From assembly GCA_039028615.1 (NCBI GenBank), contig JBCCHT010000005.1, forward strand, positions 224,001 to 288,000: DNA of 64,000 nt, read 5' to 3'. Below the pieces are notes generated by a model that was not told where the DNA came from, ran no database searches, and saw nothing but the letters and a program-made list of their open reading frames with translations. The stretch's first letter is position 1. Every line of letters starts with the position of its first letter. The DNA is from Myxococcota bacterium (lineage in GTDB: Bacteria; Myxococcota_A; Polyangia; Nannocystales; Nannocystaceae). The position numbers were made by a program, and so were the translations under genes. Shown one piece after another: positions 9,499 to 18,682 of this stretch.

Positions 9499-9951
9499 CT
9501 ACTCGGCGAGCGAGAGGCCGGCGGCTTCCTTGCGGAACAGCAGCTCTTCGTTCCACAGCATGGTGCTGTCGTGCGAGCGGCGGATGGTGACCTCGATGGC
9601 CCCCGACTCGGAGTCGTCGAGCAGCTTGTAGCTGACCTTGTGCTCGTACTTTTCGCGGGGCTGGATGATGCCGATCCACTCCGGGCCGCCGTTGGTGATC
9701 ACGAAGCCGCGGCCTTTGACGTCGACGACGAGGTTGTCGGTGGTCTCGATGCCCTGCGCGGTCATCTTGACGATGATCTCCGCCTCGGTCGGCCCGACGG
9801 AACGCCAGGCGACGTCGACCTTGAAGGCCGTGCCCTGGTCCGTGACCGTGTCCGACGCGGCGGGGTGGAGGACGGGGCCGGTGGGGCCCTTGTTGCAGCC
9901 CCCCACGAGGACGAGGCCGAGCACGAACGCGGGACCGATGCGACGGAGCAT
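9499..9951 (-). CDS. Hypothetical lipoprotein (beta-rich, Ig-like)
   Basis: Lipobox VGGC; alternating beta-strand pattern; typical codon usage. Confidence 0.7.
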   Translation of the reverse strand: MLRRIGPAFVLGLVLVGGCNKGPTGPVLHPAASDTVTDQGTAFKVDVAWRSVGPTEAEIIVKMTAQGIETTDNLVVDVKGRGFVITNGGPEWIGIIQPREKYEHKVSYKLLDDSESGAIEVTIRRSHDSTMLWNEELLFRKEAAGLSLAE

Positions 9952-10022
9952 GCCCGGAGGGTACCGATGTTTTGGGTCCCGTGTGGAGAGGTCCGGGTTG
10001 CTACACTGCGCGCTTCGCCGGC

Positions 10023-11723
10023 ATGGCCGACCGCCCCGACATTCGCCCGCTGATGGACCGCCAACGCCGACGCGGTGCGACGCTGCTGTTGCTGTGGCTG
10101 GGCCTGATGCTCGGGCTGTCGTTCCCGTACTTCGAGGCCACCCGCAACGCCAACGAGCGCCCGCGCCTGCTCCAGGCCATGGCGCTGGTGGAGGAGGGCA
10201 GCTTTGCCATCGATGGTCCGGGCGCTCGCGGACTCGACCCGGGACCCGACGTCTCGCGCAGCCGAGCCGATGACCGGATCTATCCGAACAAGCCCCCGGG
10301 GACGACGCTGATCGCGGCGGCGGCGTACCGCGGGGCGCGGGCGATGTCCGACGACCTCGATCTGCGGACCTATACCTGGTGGGCGCGGATCTTGGCCGGC
10401 TGGTTGCCCACGATGATCTTGGCGGGCCTGCTGTTCCGACGCTACGCGGCGGGCTTTGGTCCGCGGGTCGCCGCGGGAGCGGTCACGCTTTATGCCCTGG
10501 GCACGCCCGCCGCTTCGTATGCGCATCTTCTGTACGGGCATCAGCTGGCGGCCATGTTCCTGTTCGCAGGGATCGCCTTGCTCGTCGATGCGGGCCGGGA
10601 TGTCGGCCGACGCCGAGCCCTGGTGAGCGCGGCGCTGGGTGGAGGCCTGGCCGGAGCAGCGGTAGGGGTCGAGTACGGAGCGGTCTTCGCCGCGCTGCCC
10701 ATCGCGGGGCTGCTGCTCGCCCGGGTACGCAAGCCGGACGGGGCCGTGGTGTTGATCGCCGGGCTCGCGGGGGCCTTGGTGCCCATCCTCGCGCTGGCCG
10801 CGTATCACCAGCACGTCTACGGCTCGCCGTGGTCGACGGGCTATCACCACGTCACCAATGCCGACTTCGCGGCCAAGCACGGGCAAGGCCTGCTGGGGCT
10901 CGGCCTGCCGGGGCTCGAGGGCGCGACCACGCACCTGTTGTCGGCCGACGGCGGGCTCTTGTGGTGGGCGCCCACCGTGGTGCTCGCCCTTTACGGCTTG
11001 GCCCAGCTGGCCCACAAACCCGGCCCGCTGTGCGCCGAGGCCCGGGTGCACCTGGCGGTGCTGGTGGTCTACGGGCTGGTCGTCTCCAGCCTCAGCTTCG
11101 AAGGGGGCTGGCGTGTCGGCCCGCGGTACCTGGTGGTCGCGTTGCCATCCCTATGTATGGGTTGGGCCCACGTCCTGTCGCAAGCGCGCACCAAGATCTC
11201 TGCGATGGTCGTGGTCGCCGCGCTCGGGACCTACGCGGTCGTGGTCAATGCTCTGGCCGCCAACCTTTGGCCCCATTTTGATCTCACCAACATCCATCAG
11301 CCGGTCACCGAGGTCCTGCTGCCGCTGTGGGAGCACGACCGCCATCCCTATGGGTTCGTGCAGCTGCTCACCGGGCGCTCGGGTTTGCGCCTGGTGGTGG
11401 TGGGCAGCGTGATCGGGACCTGGACGGTGTTCGGAGCCATGGCCGAAGGCGGCTACCGAATGGCGTTGGGGATCATCGGCGGGTCGTTGGTCGGTTTGCT
11501 CTTGGTCGGGTCGACCTACGTGATCGAGCCGCATCCCAAGGGCGAACGCAATTTGGCGTACATCGAGCGAATCTGGGAGCCGAGAGGGGAAACCCCGGGT
11601 AAGAGCGTGTCGCTCACGGGCCCCCTTCACTCACGACGCGGCGGCCGGTCGACCGGAGAATCATCGCGGTCGAGCCTGCGTCCAAAGCGGTCGCGTCGGC
11701 GCGGCAGCACGCGCCGTGAATGA
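10023..11723 (+). CDS. Polytopic membrane protein, probable GT-C (ArnT/PMT-like) glycosyltransferase
   Basis: More than 10 TM segments; NANERPR and NKPPG loops; GPRYLV motif. Confidence 0.6.
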   Translation: MADRPDIRPLMDRQRRRGATLLLLWLGLMLGLSFPYFEATRNANERPRLLQAMALVEEGSFAIDGPGARGLDPGPDVSRSRADDRIYPNKPPGTTLIAAAAYRGARAMSDDLDLRTYTWWARILAGWLPTMILAGLLFRRYAAGFGPRVAAGAVTLYALGTPAASYAHLLYGHQLAAMFLFAGIALLVDAGRDVGRRRALVSAALGGGLAGAAVGVEYGAVFAALPIAGLLLARVRKPDGAVVLIAGLAGALVPILALAAYHQHVYGSPWSTGYHHVTNADFAAKHGQGLLGLGLPGLEGATTHLLSADGGLLWWAPTVVLALYGLAQLAHKPGPLCAEARVHLAVLVVYGLVVSSLSFEGGWRVGPRYLVVALPSLCMGWAHVLSQARTKISAMVVVAALGTYAVVVNALAANLWPHFDLTNIHQPVTEVLLPLWEHDRHPYGFVQLLTGRSGLRLVVVGSVIGTWTVFGAMAEGGYRMALGIIGGSLVGLLLVGSTYVIEPHPKGERNLAYIERIWEPRGETPGKSVSLTGPLHSRRGGRSTGESSRSSLRPKRSRRRGSTRRE

Positions 11724-11762
11724 TACGGTTGCGCCGCGACCTGCACACGGAGCGTTGTCTAG

Positions 11763-13931
11763 ATGATTCTCGGTTCCCTTCTTCTCCTGGGAGTGAGTGC
11801 CAGTGCCGACATCGGCGTGGACGAGTCCGCGGCCGCGGCCGAAGCGGCTGCCCCGGCCCCCCGCGCTCGCAAGTCGAGCACGACCGCCAGCCCGCGCCCC
11901 CGCAAGATCACGCGCACGGGGTCCAAGCCGCCGGCCAGCGATGGCCGCAAGCGTGGCGGTCGACTGCGGCTGCGGTCTCGCGCGTTGACCAAGCCGCCCA
12001 CGGTGAAGAAGGTCTCCGAGCGGCCCGAGCCTTCGGCCCGCGTCAAAGCTCAGCCCGCCCGCAAGCGCAAGGGCAAGCGACTGCGTCGCAAGCTCCCCAA
12101 GAAGGCGTTCACCAGCCGCACCAACCTCGGCAAGCTCAAGAGCCGAGAAAAGAGCGCGCCCAAGAAGGTCAAGAGCGAGCTGACGCGGCTGCGTCGCAGC
12201 ATCTCGACCAAGAAGAGCCGCTACCGCGTGGGCTATACGCCCGTGCTCGACATGCCCACCGATGCGGTGACCGGCGCCATCGAGCCCAAGAACCTCAGGA
12301 AGCTCGCCCGCGAGCAGAACGCCGAAGCGGCCGCGGTCTCTCGCCGACGCTTCGTGCCCAACCTGCGCCAACGGGCGCTGCGCGACGCCACCATCGTCGA
12401 GCCCGACTCGTCCGGGTCGTCTGCGGGGCAGTCCTCCGATCACGTCGACGATCCGTTCGGCCCGATGGTGGGCAATGCCACCTGCGCGGTGTCGGCCGAG
12501 GCGTGGAGCTGGAAGGAGTACATGCCCGAGCCGCGCTCGCAGGGCAGCTGCGGTAGCTGCTGGGCCTTCGCCACCCTGTCGGTGTTCGAGGCCTCGATGA
12601 ACATCGCCAACGGCTTCGACGCCGGGCTCGACTACTCCGAGCAGCACCTGGTCGACTGCGCGACCGCCAGCGACGGCTTCGACATCGGCAGCTGCCGCGG
12701 TGGCTACACCGTCATGGTGTACGACTACCTCCAGCGCAAGGGCACGCAGCTCGAGGAGACGGTGCCCTACCTCGAGCGCGACGACAGCTGCAACGCCGGG
12801 CTCAAGGCCGAGAAGAAGATCTCGAACTGGGGCTTCGTGCACGAAAACGGGGCGGTCCCCGAGGTCGACCAGATCAAGGCGGCCATCTGCAACTACGGTC
12901 CCGTCTCCGCTTCCGTGCACGTCAGTCCGGCCTTCAAGGCCTACTCGGGCGGGGTGTTCGACGAGCACGCGTCCGGTCAGACCAACCACGCCGTCTCGTT
13001 GGTGGGGTGGGACGACAAGCGCGGCGCTTGGCTCATGCGCAACTCGTGGGGCAAGTGGTGGGGCGAAGACGGCTACATGTGGATCGAGTACGGCAGCAAC
13101 AAGATCGGCCGATCCGCCGCGTGGGCGGTGGTGGAGCCCGACGTCAAGCCGCCGACCACCAAGACCTTCAAGGCGCGCCAGCTCATGGTGCGCAACGCCA
13201 CCAGCAAGCCCATCGAGGTCCGCCTGCTGCACCGCAAGAGCGGCGGCTGGCAGCCGGCCAAGCCCGGCAAGGGCAAGGCGATGACCTTCACCGTTGCCGC
13301 CGACAGCGAGGCGCTGCTCGGCACCGGGGGCAAGGAGATCGAGGCCTCCAAGGTCCGGCTGTGGGCCGAGTCGACCAAGGGCAGCGAGGCCTGGACCACG
13401 CACCGCAGCAAAGACCTGTCGCTCGTTCCGCAGGGCTCGTACAAGGCCAAGGAGATGGAGACCTTCGTCTTCACCTTCGACTCGAGCAACGTCGACGGGG
13501 GAGGGGGCTCCTCCACCAAGGGCAAGTCGGTCGACAACATCTTCGCCGAGGCCTTTGGGCTCATCGACGCGGGCAACCACGAAGAAGGGCGGGCCATGTT
13601 CTCGCGCTTCCTCGAGGACAAGCCCGGCCACGCCCGCGTGCCCGAGGCTCGCTTCTGGACCGGCTACAGCTTCTTCCTCGAGGGGGCCAACTTCGAGGCG
13701 CTGACCGAGTGGTACGACATCGTGCTGTCGTACCCCGAGCACGACTTCGTGGCCTACGCCCTGTACTACTCCGGCCTGGCCTATACCGGCCGCGGGCAGT
13801 GTGACCTGGCGATCCAGTGCTTCGAGCTGGTGGCCCACGCGGGCTACCCCTCGGCCTCGCAAGAGTGGATCGACGCCGCGCTCACCGAGGTGGGCAAGCT
13901 CGAGACCGACCCCAAGGCCTACTGCGGCTGA
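11763..13931 (+). CDS. Secreted papain-family (C1A) cysteine peptidase with C-terminal TPR domain
   Basis: QGSCGSCWAF (catalytic Cys), SEQHLVDC, NHAVSLVGW (His), RNSWG..WGEDGY (Asn); TPR-like tail; signal peptide. Confidence 0.9.
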   Translation: MILGSLLLLGVSASADIGVDESAAAAEAAAPAPRARKSSTTASPRPRKITRTGSKPPASDGRKRGGRLRLRSRALTKPPTVKKVSERPEPSARVKAQPARKRKGKRLRRKLPKKAFTSRTNLGKLKSREKSAPKKVKSELTRLRRSISTKKSRYRVGYTPVLDMPTDAVTGAIEPKNLRKLAREQNAEAAAVSRRRFVPNLRQRALRDATIVEPDSSGSSAGQSSDHVDDPFGPMVGNATCAVSAEAWSWKEYMPEPRSQGSCGSCWAFATLSVFEASMNIANGFDAGLDYSEQHLVDCATASDGFDIGSCRGGYTVMVYDYLQRKGTQLEETVPYLERDDSCNAGLKAEKKISNWGFVHENGAVPEVDQIKAAICNYGPVSASVHVSPAFKAYSGGVFDEHASGQTNHAVSLVGWDDKRGAWLMRNSWGKWWGEDGYMWIEYGSNKIGRSAAWAVVEPDVKPPTTKTFKARQLMVRNATSKPIEVRLLHRKSGGWQPAKPGKGKAMTFTVAADSEALLGTGGKEIEASKVRLWAESTKGSEAWTTHRSKDLSLVPQGSYKAKEMETFVFTFDSSNVDGGGGSSTKGKSVDNIFAEAFGLIDAGNHEEGRAMFSRFLEDKPGHARVPEARFWTGYSFFLEGANFEALTEWYDIVLSYPEHDFVAYALYYSGLAYTGRGQCDLAIQCFELVAHAGYPSASQEWIDAALTEVGKLETDPKAYCG

Positions 13932-14395
13932 CGCCGACGACGGCCGAGCCCGGCGATGCCGAGCATCAGGAGCCACGCCCCCAGCACCGGGGTCGTGGCT
14001 CCGCCGATCGTGCACCCTCGTTGCTCGGCGGGGGCCGGCGCGGGCGGGCCTCCCTCGGCGCGGGGCGGCTCGGACGAGGGCCCCGGATCGCTCGGCTTGG
14101 CGGTGAGGTCGGCGGGGCCTTCCTTGCACGCCAGGCAGGCGTGGCAGACCGTCTCGGGCGGGCTGCCCTTGGAGTAGTCGAGGTCGCAGCACTCGTCGGG
14201 GCGGCAGGCCCCGGGAACGGTGGTGCGCTGCAGCTCGCCGCCATCGGCCGGCTTGACCAGCTTCATCACGCCGCAGCTGGCCCCCTCGGCCTTGCCCGCG
14301 CACGCCTCGACGGCCGGGTTGGCGGCAGCGAGGCCGGGCAGCGCAAGGAGGCCCACGAGGGGCGCGGCGAGGGCAATGCGGGCGGCGATGGCCAT
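13919..14395 (-). CDS. Small Cys-rich secreted protein with MYXO-CTERM tail
   Basis: Signal peptide; ACAGKAEGASC, CC and CHACLAC; GCTIGG...WLLMLGIAGLGRRRR. Confidence 0.75.
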   Translation of the reverse strand: MAIAARIALAAPLVGLLALPGLAAANPAVEACAGKAEGASCGVMKLVKPADGGELQRTTVPGACRPDECCDLDYSKGSPPETVCHACLACKEGPADLTAKPSDPGPSSEPPRAEGGPPAPAPAEQRGCTIGGATTPVLGAWLLMLGIAGLGRRRRQPQ

Positions 14396-14461
14396 CGCCG
14401 ACCAGCTTGGCACGGCGCGCGCGCCTCGCCAAGCCATGGGCCCACGATGGTGCGGCGGACT

Positions 14462-15001
14462 TCAGCGCACGCGTCGCGGCAACCCGTTCGGTCGCAGTCG
14501 ACGGGCTCGCTCGACGAACATGCCCGCGAAGAAACCGAGGCCCAGTACACCGAGCACCAGGGGCCAGTCGAAGCTGAGCGGCGGGGCGGGGGCGTGTGCC
14601 TCGGGCTCCTCGATCACGATCTCGGCCTGGGCCTTCGCGCCGACGATGGTGGCGATGATGGTCGCGATGCGCTCGCGGACGGAGTCTGGGCCGTCGGGCG
14701 CGGTGGCGTTGACCACCGCGAGCACGCGGGCGCCGTCGGACGGACGCTGGGGCAGCTCGACGTTCACCCGGGAGGCGGAGATGGCGGGCAGCACGGCCAG
14801 CGCGTGCTCGATTTCCCGGGCCATGCCCAGCTCTCGGCGGACCCGCTCGCCCTCGCGGGTCGGCACCAGGGTCGGGTCGCCGAACAGCTCCGCCTTGTCG
14901 GGGCGACCGCGGACCGGGGTGCTCGGGCTCCGGGGCGTGGCCTCGCCGCAACCGGCTGCGAGCACGAGCACGAGCCCGAGTCGATGCGCGAGAGGATGCA
15001 T
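14462..15001 (-). CDS. Truncated SctJ/YscJ/FliF-like lipoprotein (single ring-building motif plus C-terminal TM)
   Basis: Lipobox AAGC; ELFGDPTLVPTREGERVRRELGMAREIEHAL...SRVNVELP resembles the SctJ second RBM; C-terminal TM helix. Confidence 0.6.
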   Translation of the reverse strand: MHPLAHRLGLVLVLAAGCGEATPRSPSTPVRGRPDKAELFGDPTLVPTREGERVRRELGMAREIEHALAVLPAISASRVNVELPQRPSDGARVLAVVNATAPDGPDSVRERIATIIATIVGAKAQAEIVIEEPEAHAPAPPLSFDWPLVLGVLGLGFFAGMFVERARRLRPNGLPRRVR

Positions 15002-15111
15002 GGGCCGAACACACCGCAGGCGCGGCGTCCAGGCAAATAAACGGAGGATGCGGGCCGGCCGAGGCTCATCTCGAGACCCTCGTGGCGAGGGGAAGGCGCC
15101 GATCCGAAGAG

Positions 15112-15183
15112 CTATCGGGCAACGAGGCGTGCAACTCCTCGAAATCACTCGCGGGTGAACGAGGTCGCCACCACGACCTCGTC
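15112..15183. repeat. Dispersed 72-bp element, copy 1
   Basis: About 85% identical (11 differences in 72 positions, manual alignment) to 63302-63372. Confidence 0.85.
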
Positions 15184-15200
15184 CTCCGCTGGGCCGGGGC

Positions 15201-16796
15201 TCAGTTGTTCGGTGCACCCCCGTCGATCCACTCCCGGATCATGTTGACGGTGCCTGCGGGCAACAAGGGTCCCCCAAGGGGCATCGAGTCGCCCACGGCC
15301 TGCGTGTTCTCCATCTTGTGGATGATGTAGCTGTTGTTGGCGTTGCCCGGCTCGACGAAGTCCAGAGCCACTTGGCCCGAGGGCACATTGACCAGTGCTG
15401 CGTAGGCATTCGCAACGGGGACATTCGAGAACACCGGCGATGTGGCGACGTGACAGCCACACTCCGCATCCCAGACGGGCTGGATGTCTCCCGAATAGCT
15501 GGGGATGCTGACGCAACCCGAGGTGTCGAAGCCGCAGTCGGCCGTGCAGGCCAGGCTTCCCCCGCTGAAGCCGAACGACACGCAGCTCTGTCCGTCGAGG
15601 TCGGCTCCATCGCAGGCCTCGGACGGGTCGGCCGTACCGTCGCCACAGTTGCCGCAGCCCCCCGTGTTGATCGAGCCGCAATCGGCCGCGCACGTCAGGG
15701 CTCCGTTGTCGAAGCCCTGGCTGATGCAGCTCTCGCCACCGAAGTCGGTGCCGTCACACACCTCGGCGTCCTCGATGATTCCGTTGCCGCACAGGCTGCA
15801 CTGGGCGCCACAATCGTTGATGGCCTCGCCAACGCAGATATCGTCCCAATCGGTGTTGCAGCAGTAGGGGTCGAAGGCACACACACAGGATTCGACCGCG
15901 AGGTCTTCACATCCCGGGGTGCCGTTCTCGAAGCAGCAATTGGTGTTGTCGAAACATCCGCTGGTGTCGTAGTCGCAGGCGCCACTGCACGCGAGCACCC
16001 CCGCGTCGAAGCCGAGGTCCCCACAGATCTGGCCGCCGAGGCTGGCTCCGTCGCAATCCTCGCTCCCCTCGATCGACCCGTTGCCGCACGAGGTGCAGGC
16101 CGAAGTATCGAACGTCGTGCAGTCGGCACCACACCCGAGCGAGCCCGCCGTAAAGCCCTGCGTGACACAGGTCTCCCCGCCGATGTCGCCCGAGTCGCAA
16201 ATCTCGGCCGGGTCGACGCTCCCGTCCCCGCAGACACCACAGCCACTGGTGTCGAAGCCGGAACAGTCGGCCAGGCACTCGAGCGTGCCGTTGTCGAAGC
16301 CCAACGAGGTGCAGTCCTGGCCGCCGACGTTGGTCCCGTCGCACAGCTCGGTTCGCTCGACCAAGCCATCACCGCACTCGAAGGTCACGCACAGGTCGAA
16401 CTCGAAGTTGCAGAGACGATTGCAGACGAGCTCGCCGCCGACGAAGCCAAACGCCGTGCAATCTTGGCCGTTCCAATTGTCGCCGTCACACTCCTCGTTG
16501 CCGGTCACCATCCCATCGCCACAACGATCGGCCGCATCGGTGCCGCCCTCTTGGCTCGAGGAACCCTCGTCGCCGGAGGAACTATCGCCGATCGGCCCGT
16601 TGGAGCTGCCCGAATCGCCCGGAGACTCGCCGCTGCTGCCCGGTACCGTCGAAGTGCCCGGAGCCACGGTGCCCGTAGTGGAGCCCGCCTCGGTGTCACT
16701 ACTGCCCGGAACGGGAGCGTCAGTGGGGCAACCGGCTGCGAGCAACACTCCCGCCAACACGCCGGAAGCACGACGAGCGCTCGAATTCATGACCAT
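15201..16796 (-). CDS. Cys-rich repeat lipoprotein (DUF4215-like) with C-terminal cytochrome c-like domain
   Basis: Lipobox AAGC; six repeats of about 50 aa (CGDG...ExCDG...C..GF..G.L.C...C..DTS.C); C-terminal DIQPVW..CGCH...MP...IREWIDGGA. Confidence 0.8.
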   Translation of the reverse strand: MVMNSSARRASGVLAGVLLAAGCPTDAPVPGSSDTEAGSTTGTVAPGTSTVPGSSGESPGDSGSSNGPIGDSSSGDEGSSSQEGGTDAADRCGDGMVTGNEECDGDNWNGQDCTAFGFVGGELVCNRLCNFEFDLCVTFECGDGLVERTELCDGTNVGGQDCTSLGFDNGTLECLADCSGFDTSGCGVCGDGSVDPAEICDSGDIGGETCVTQGFTAGSLGCGADCTTFDTSACTSCGNGSIEGSEDCDGASLGGQICGDLGFDAGVLACSGACDYDTSGCFDNTNCCFENGTPGCEDLAVESCVCAFDPYCCNTDWDDICVGEAINDCGAQCSLCGNGIIEDAEVCDGTDFGGESCISQGFDNGALTCAADCGSINTGGCGNCGDGTADPSEACDGADLDGQSCVSFGFSGGSLACTADCGFDTSGCVSIPSYSGDIQPVWDAECGCHVATSPVFSNVPVANAYAALVNVPSGQVALDFVEPGNANNSYIIHKMENTQAVGDSMPLGGPLLPAGTVNMIREWIDGGAPNN

Positions 16797-17009
16797 GGAC
16801 AGACATCATAGCTGAGCTGGTAGCGCGCGACGACGGCAAAACTCTGCCCGTTTTCGTTGCGGACGCGAATGGTGACCATCAGGTTTCTGGCCGGACCAAC
16901 CTCGAGGGTCGAGACCTCGAACAACTTCCCAGCAGCAGACCATGGTTCGAGCAGCGCCAGCATCTGGATCCGGGGCGACGACCCGGGCCCAGTTGCTACA
17001 GTACACGCG

Positions 17010-17363
17010 ATGAAATTCACCGCGAGTCTCGCTCTCGTTGCCCTGTTTTCGCTCAATGAGTGCACCGACCGCTCCGGCGAAACCTCCACGCCTCCGACGA
17101 CCCAAGCCAACGACAGCCACGACGGCAACGATGGCGCGAGCGAATGCCTGATCTGCGAGGCGAGCGAATTGCCTCCAAACATGACCACGCCTGAGGATGC
17201 TGCGCGGGCGCGGGAGATGTGTGATGCCCCCGCGTCGGCCCAATGCGCAGCCTGCTCGACCTTCATGGAAAAGCGTGACCGGCGTTGCAAGTGCGTGGAG
17301 CTCGGCATCAACGACTGCGATAGCGCCAACCCACAGGTGCTCGATGGACAAAGCCCTTCGTAG
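17010..17363 (+). CDS. Small Cys-rich secreted/lipoprotein
   Basis: Hydrophobic signal ending LNEC; CxxC motifs CLIC and CAAC; CKC. Confidence 0.6.
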   Translation: MKFTASLALVALFSLNECTDRSGETSTPPTTQANDSHDGNDGASECLICEASELPPNMTTPEDAARAREMCDAPASAQCAACSTFMEKRDRRCKCVELGINDCDSANPQVLDGQSPS

Positions 17364-17430
17364 GTGGACGCGATGAAAGAACACCGCCCCGAGTGCCCCG
17401 CGTATTTCGCGGCCCTCGACGCTCTGAGCT

Positions 17431-18132
17431 TCAGTCCGAGGAGGGCTCGGCGAGGACCGAGCTGAGGCGGGCGAGCAGGCTGGCGTGGCGCCGCGAGACG
17501 GTGGACTTGTGCTTGCCCAGGCGAGTCCCCAGCTCGGACATGCTGAGGCCTTCGTCGTACAGCGCCCGCAAGAACGCCCGCTCGTCCTCGTTGCAGCACT
17601 CGTCCAGCGCCTTGCGGACGCGGCTTTGGATCCGGGCGTCGTCGATGCTCGCGTCGAAGTCCCCGCCGTGGGCGTCGGCGACCTGCTCGGGGTCGCGGGG
17701 TCCCGCACTGGCCAGCATGACCACGGTGGTCGTCTGCGCCACGAGCTCGGCCGCGGCCTCGACCCGTTGCTGGAGACTGCGGGTGTCCTCGTCGCCTTGC
17801 TCTTCGCGCTGCTGCGAGCGCTCGAGCAGCGACTGCGACGCGGCCAGGGCTCGCAGGGCGCGGGAGCGCTGACGGAGCCCGGGCACGGCTCGCCGCGACT
17901 CGTCGAGCATGGCTCCTCGCACGCGGTGGTACGCGAAGGTCTGAAACGACGTGCCCGTCTCTGGGTCGTAGCGCTGGCTGCAGCGCACGAGCGCCTCGTA
18001 GCCCACCGAGCGCAGATCGTCCTCGCCGAGCTTGGCCACCTTCGGCGCGATCGAACGCGCCAGCGAATCCACCAGTCGGGTGCAACGCTCAACCCGAGCC
18101 CGTTGCTCGGCGGTGAGGGGCTTGGTCGTCAC
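17431..18132 (-). CDS. FliA/WhiG-like RNA polymerase sigma factor
   Basis: Region 2 DDLRSVGYEAL...RYDP...FQTFAYHRVRGAMLD; region 4 LSMSELG..LG..KSTVSRRH; GTGA overlap with the PilZ stop. Confidence 0.8.
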   Translation of the reverse strand: MTTKPLTAEQRARVERCTRLVDSLARSIAPKVAKLGEDDLRSVGYEALVRCSQRYDPETGTSFQTFAYHRVRGAMLDESRRAVPGLRQRSRALRALAASQSLLERSQQREEQGDEDTRSLQQRVEAAAELVAQTTTVVMLASAGPRDPEQVADAHGGDFDASIDDARIQSRVRKALDECCNEDERAFLRALYDEGLSMSELGTRLGKHKSTVSRRHASLLARLSSVLAEPSSD

Positions 18133-18449
18133 GATTGGTCGCGCTGGACGTCGCGGATGTGTTTCCGCAGCGCCCACTTCTGATCATCGCTGAGGTTCTC
18201 GAAGCGCACGCCCATGTCGCGCCCGGTCGCCCGCACGACGCGGCCGCTCAGGGGCAGGTTCGCGCCCAGGCTCGGAAAACACAGCACCATCTGAACCGCG
18301 GTGCCGGCCACCTCCCATGCGGAGACGTCGAAGCGGCAGCCGCCCAAGCTGATGTCCGCCACGGGACGCGCGAGTACGACCTCCTCGCCGATCACATCGG
18401 CTCGGGCCTCCACCGCGAATCGGGGATGTAGGCGCGCTTCCGCGGACAC
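18129..18449 (-). CDS. Single-domain PilZ protein
   Basis: RxxxR (RLHPR) and DISLGG motifs; GRVVR...MGVRF. Confidence 0.88.
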   Translation of the reverse strand: MSAEARLHPRFAVEARADVIGEEVVLARPVADISLGGCRFDVSAWEVAGTAVQMVLCFPSLGANLPLSGRVVRATGRDMGVRFENLSDDQKWALRKHIRDVQRDQS

Positions 18450-18682
18450 CGAGGCATGATAGCCATGCCCGCCATCACTGCGAAACCCGCGCGGTCGCAG
18501 CGGGGCGCGTCATGGGCGCAGGGCCCCGCGACGTGCTGACATGCCCTTGCGCGGATGTTTGTCATTTTGACAACCGAACCGGAGCCCCTGATCGCAGCCA
18601 ACCCCATGAAAATTGGTGCTGTTTCCCCTAACTTCCCGGGGGGTCGCGGCTTTGCATTCCTTCGGGGTCGCGATCGACTGCC

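Noticed and set aside
11661..15014. Very long alternative-frame ORFs (e.g. 11661-15014 -, 34512-36900 +, 40824-43442 +, 43551-45407 -, 18392-20587 -)
   Set aside because: Antisense shadows of real high-GC3 genes; Arg/Gly/Ala-rich or mirror-codon composition with no recognisable motifs.
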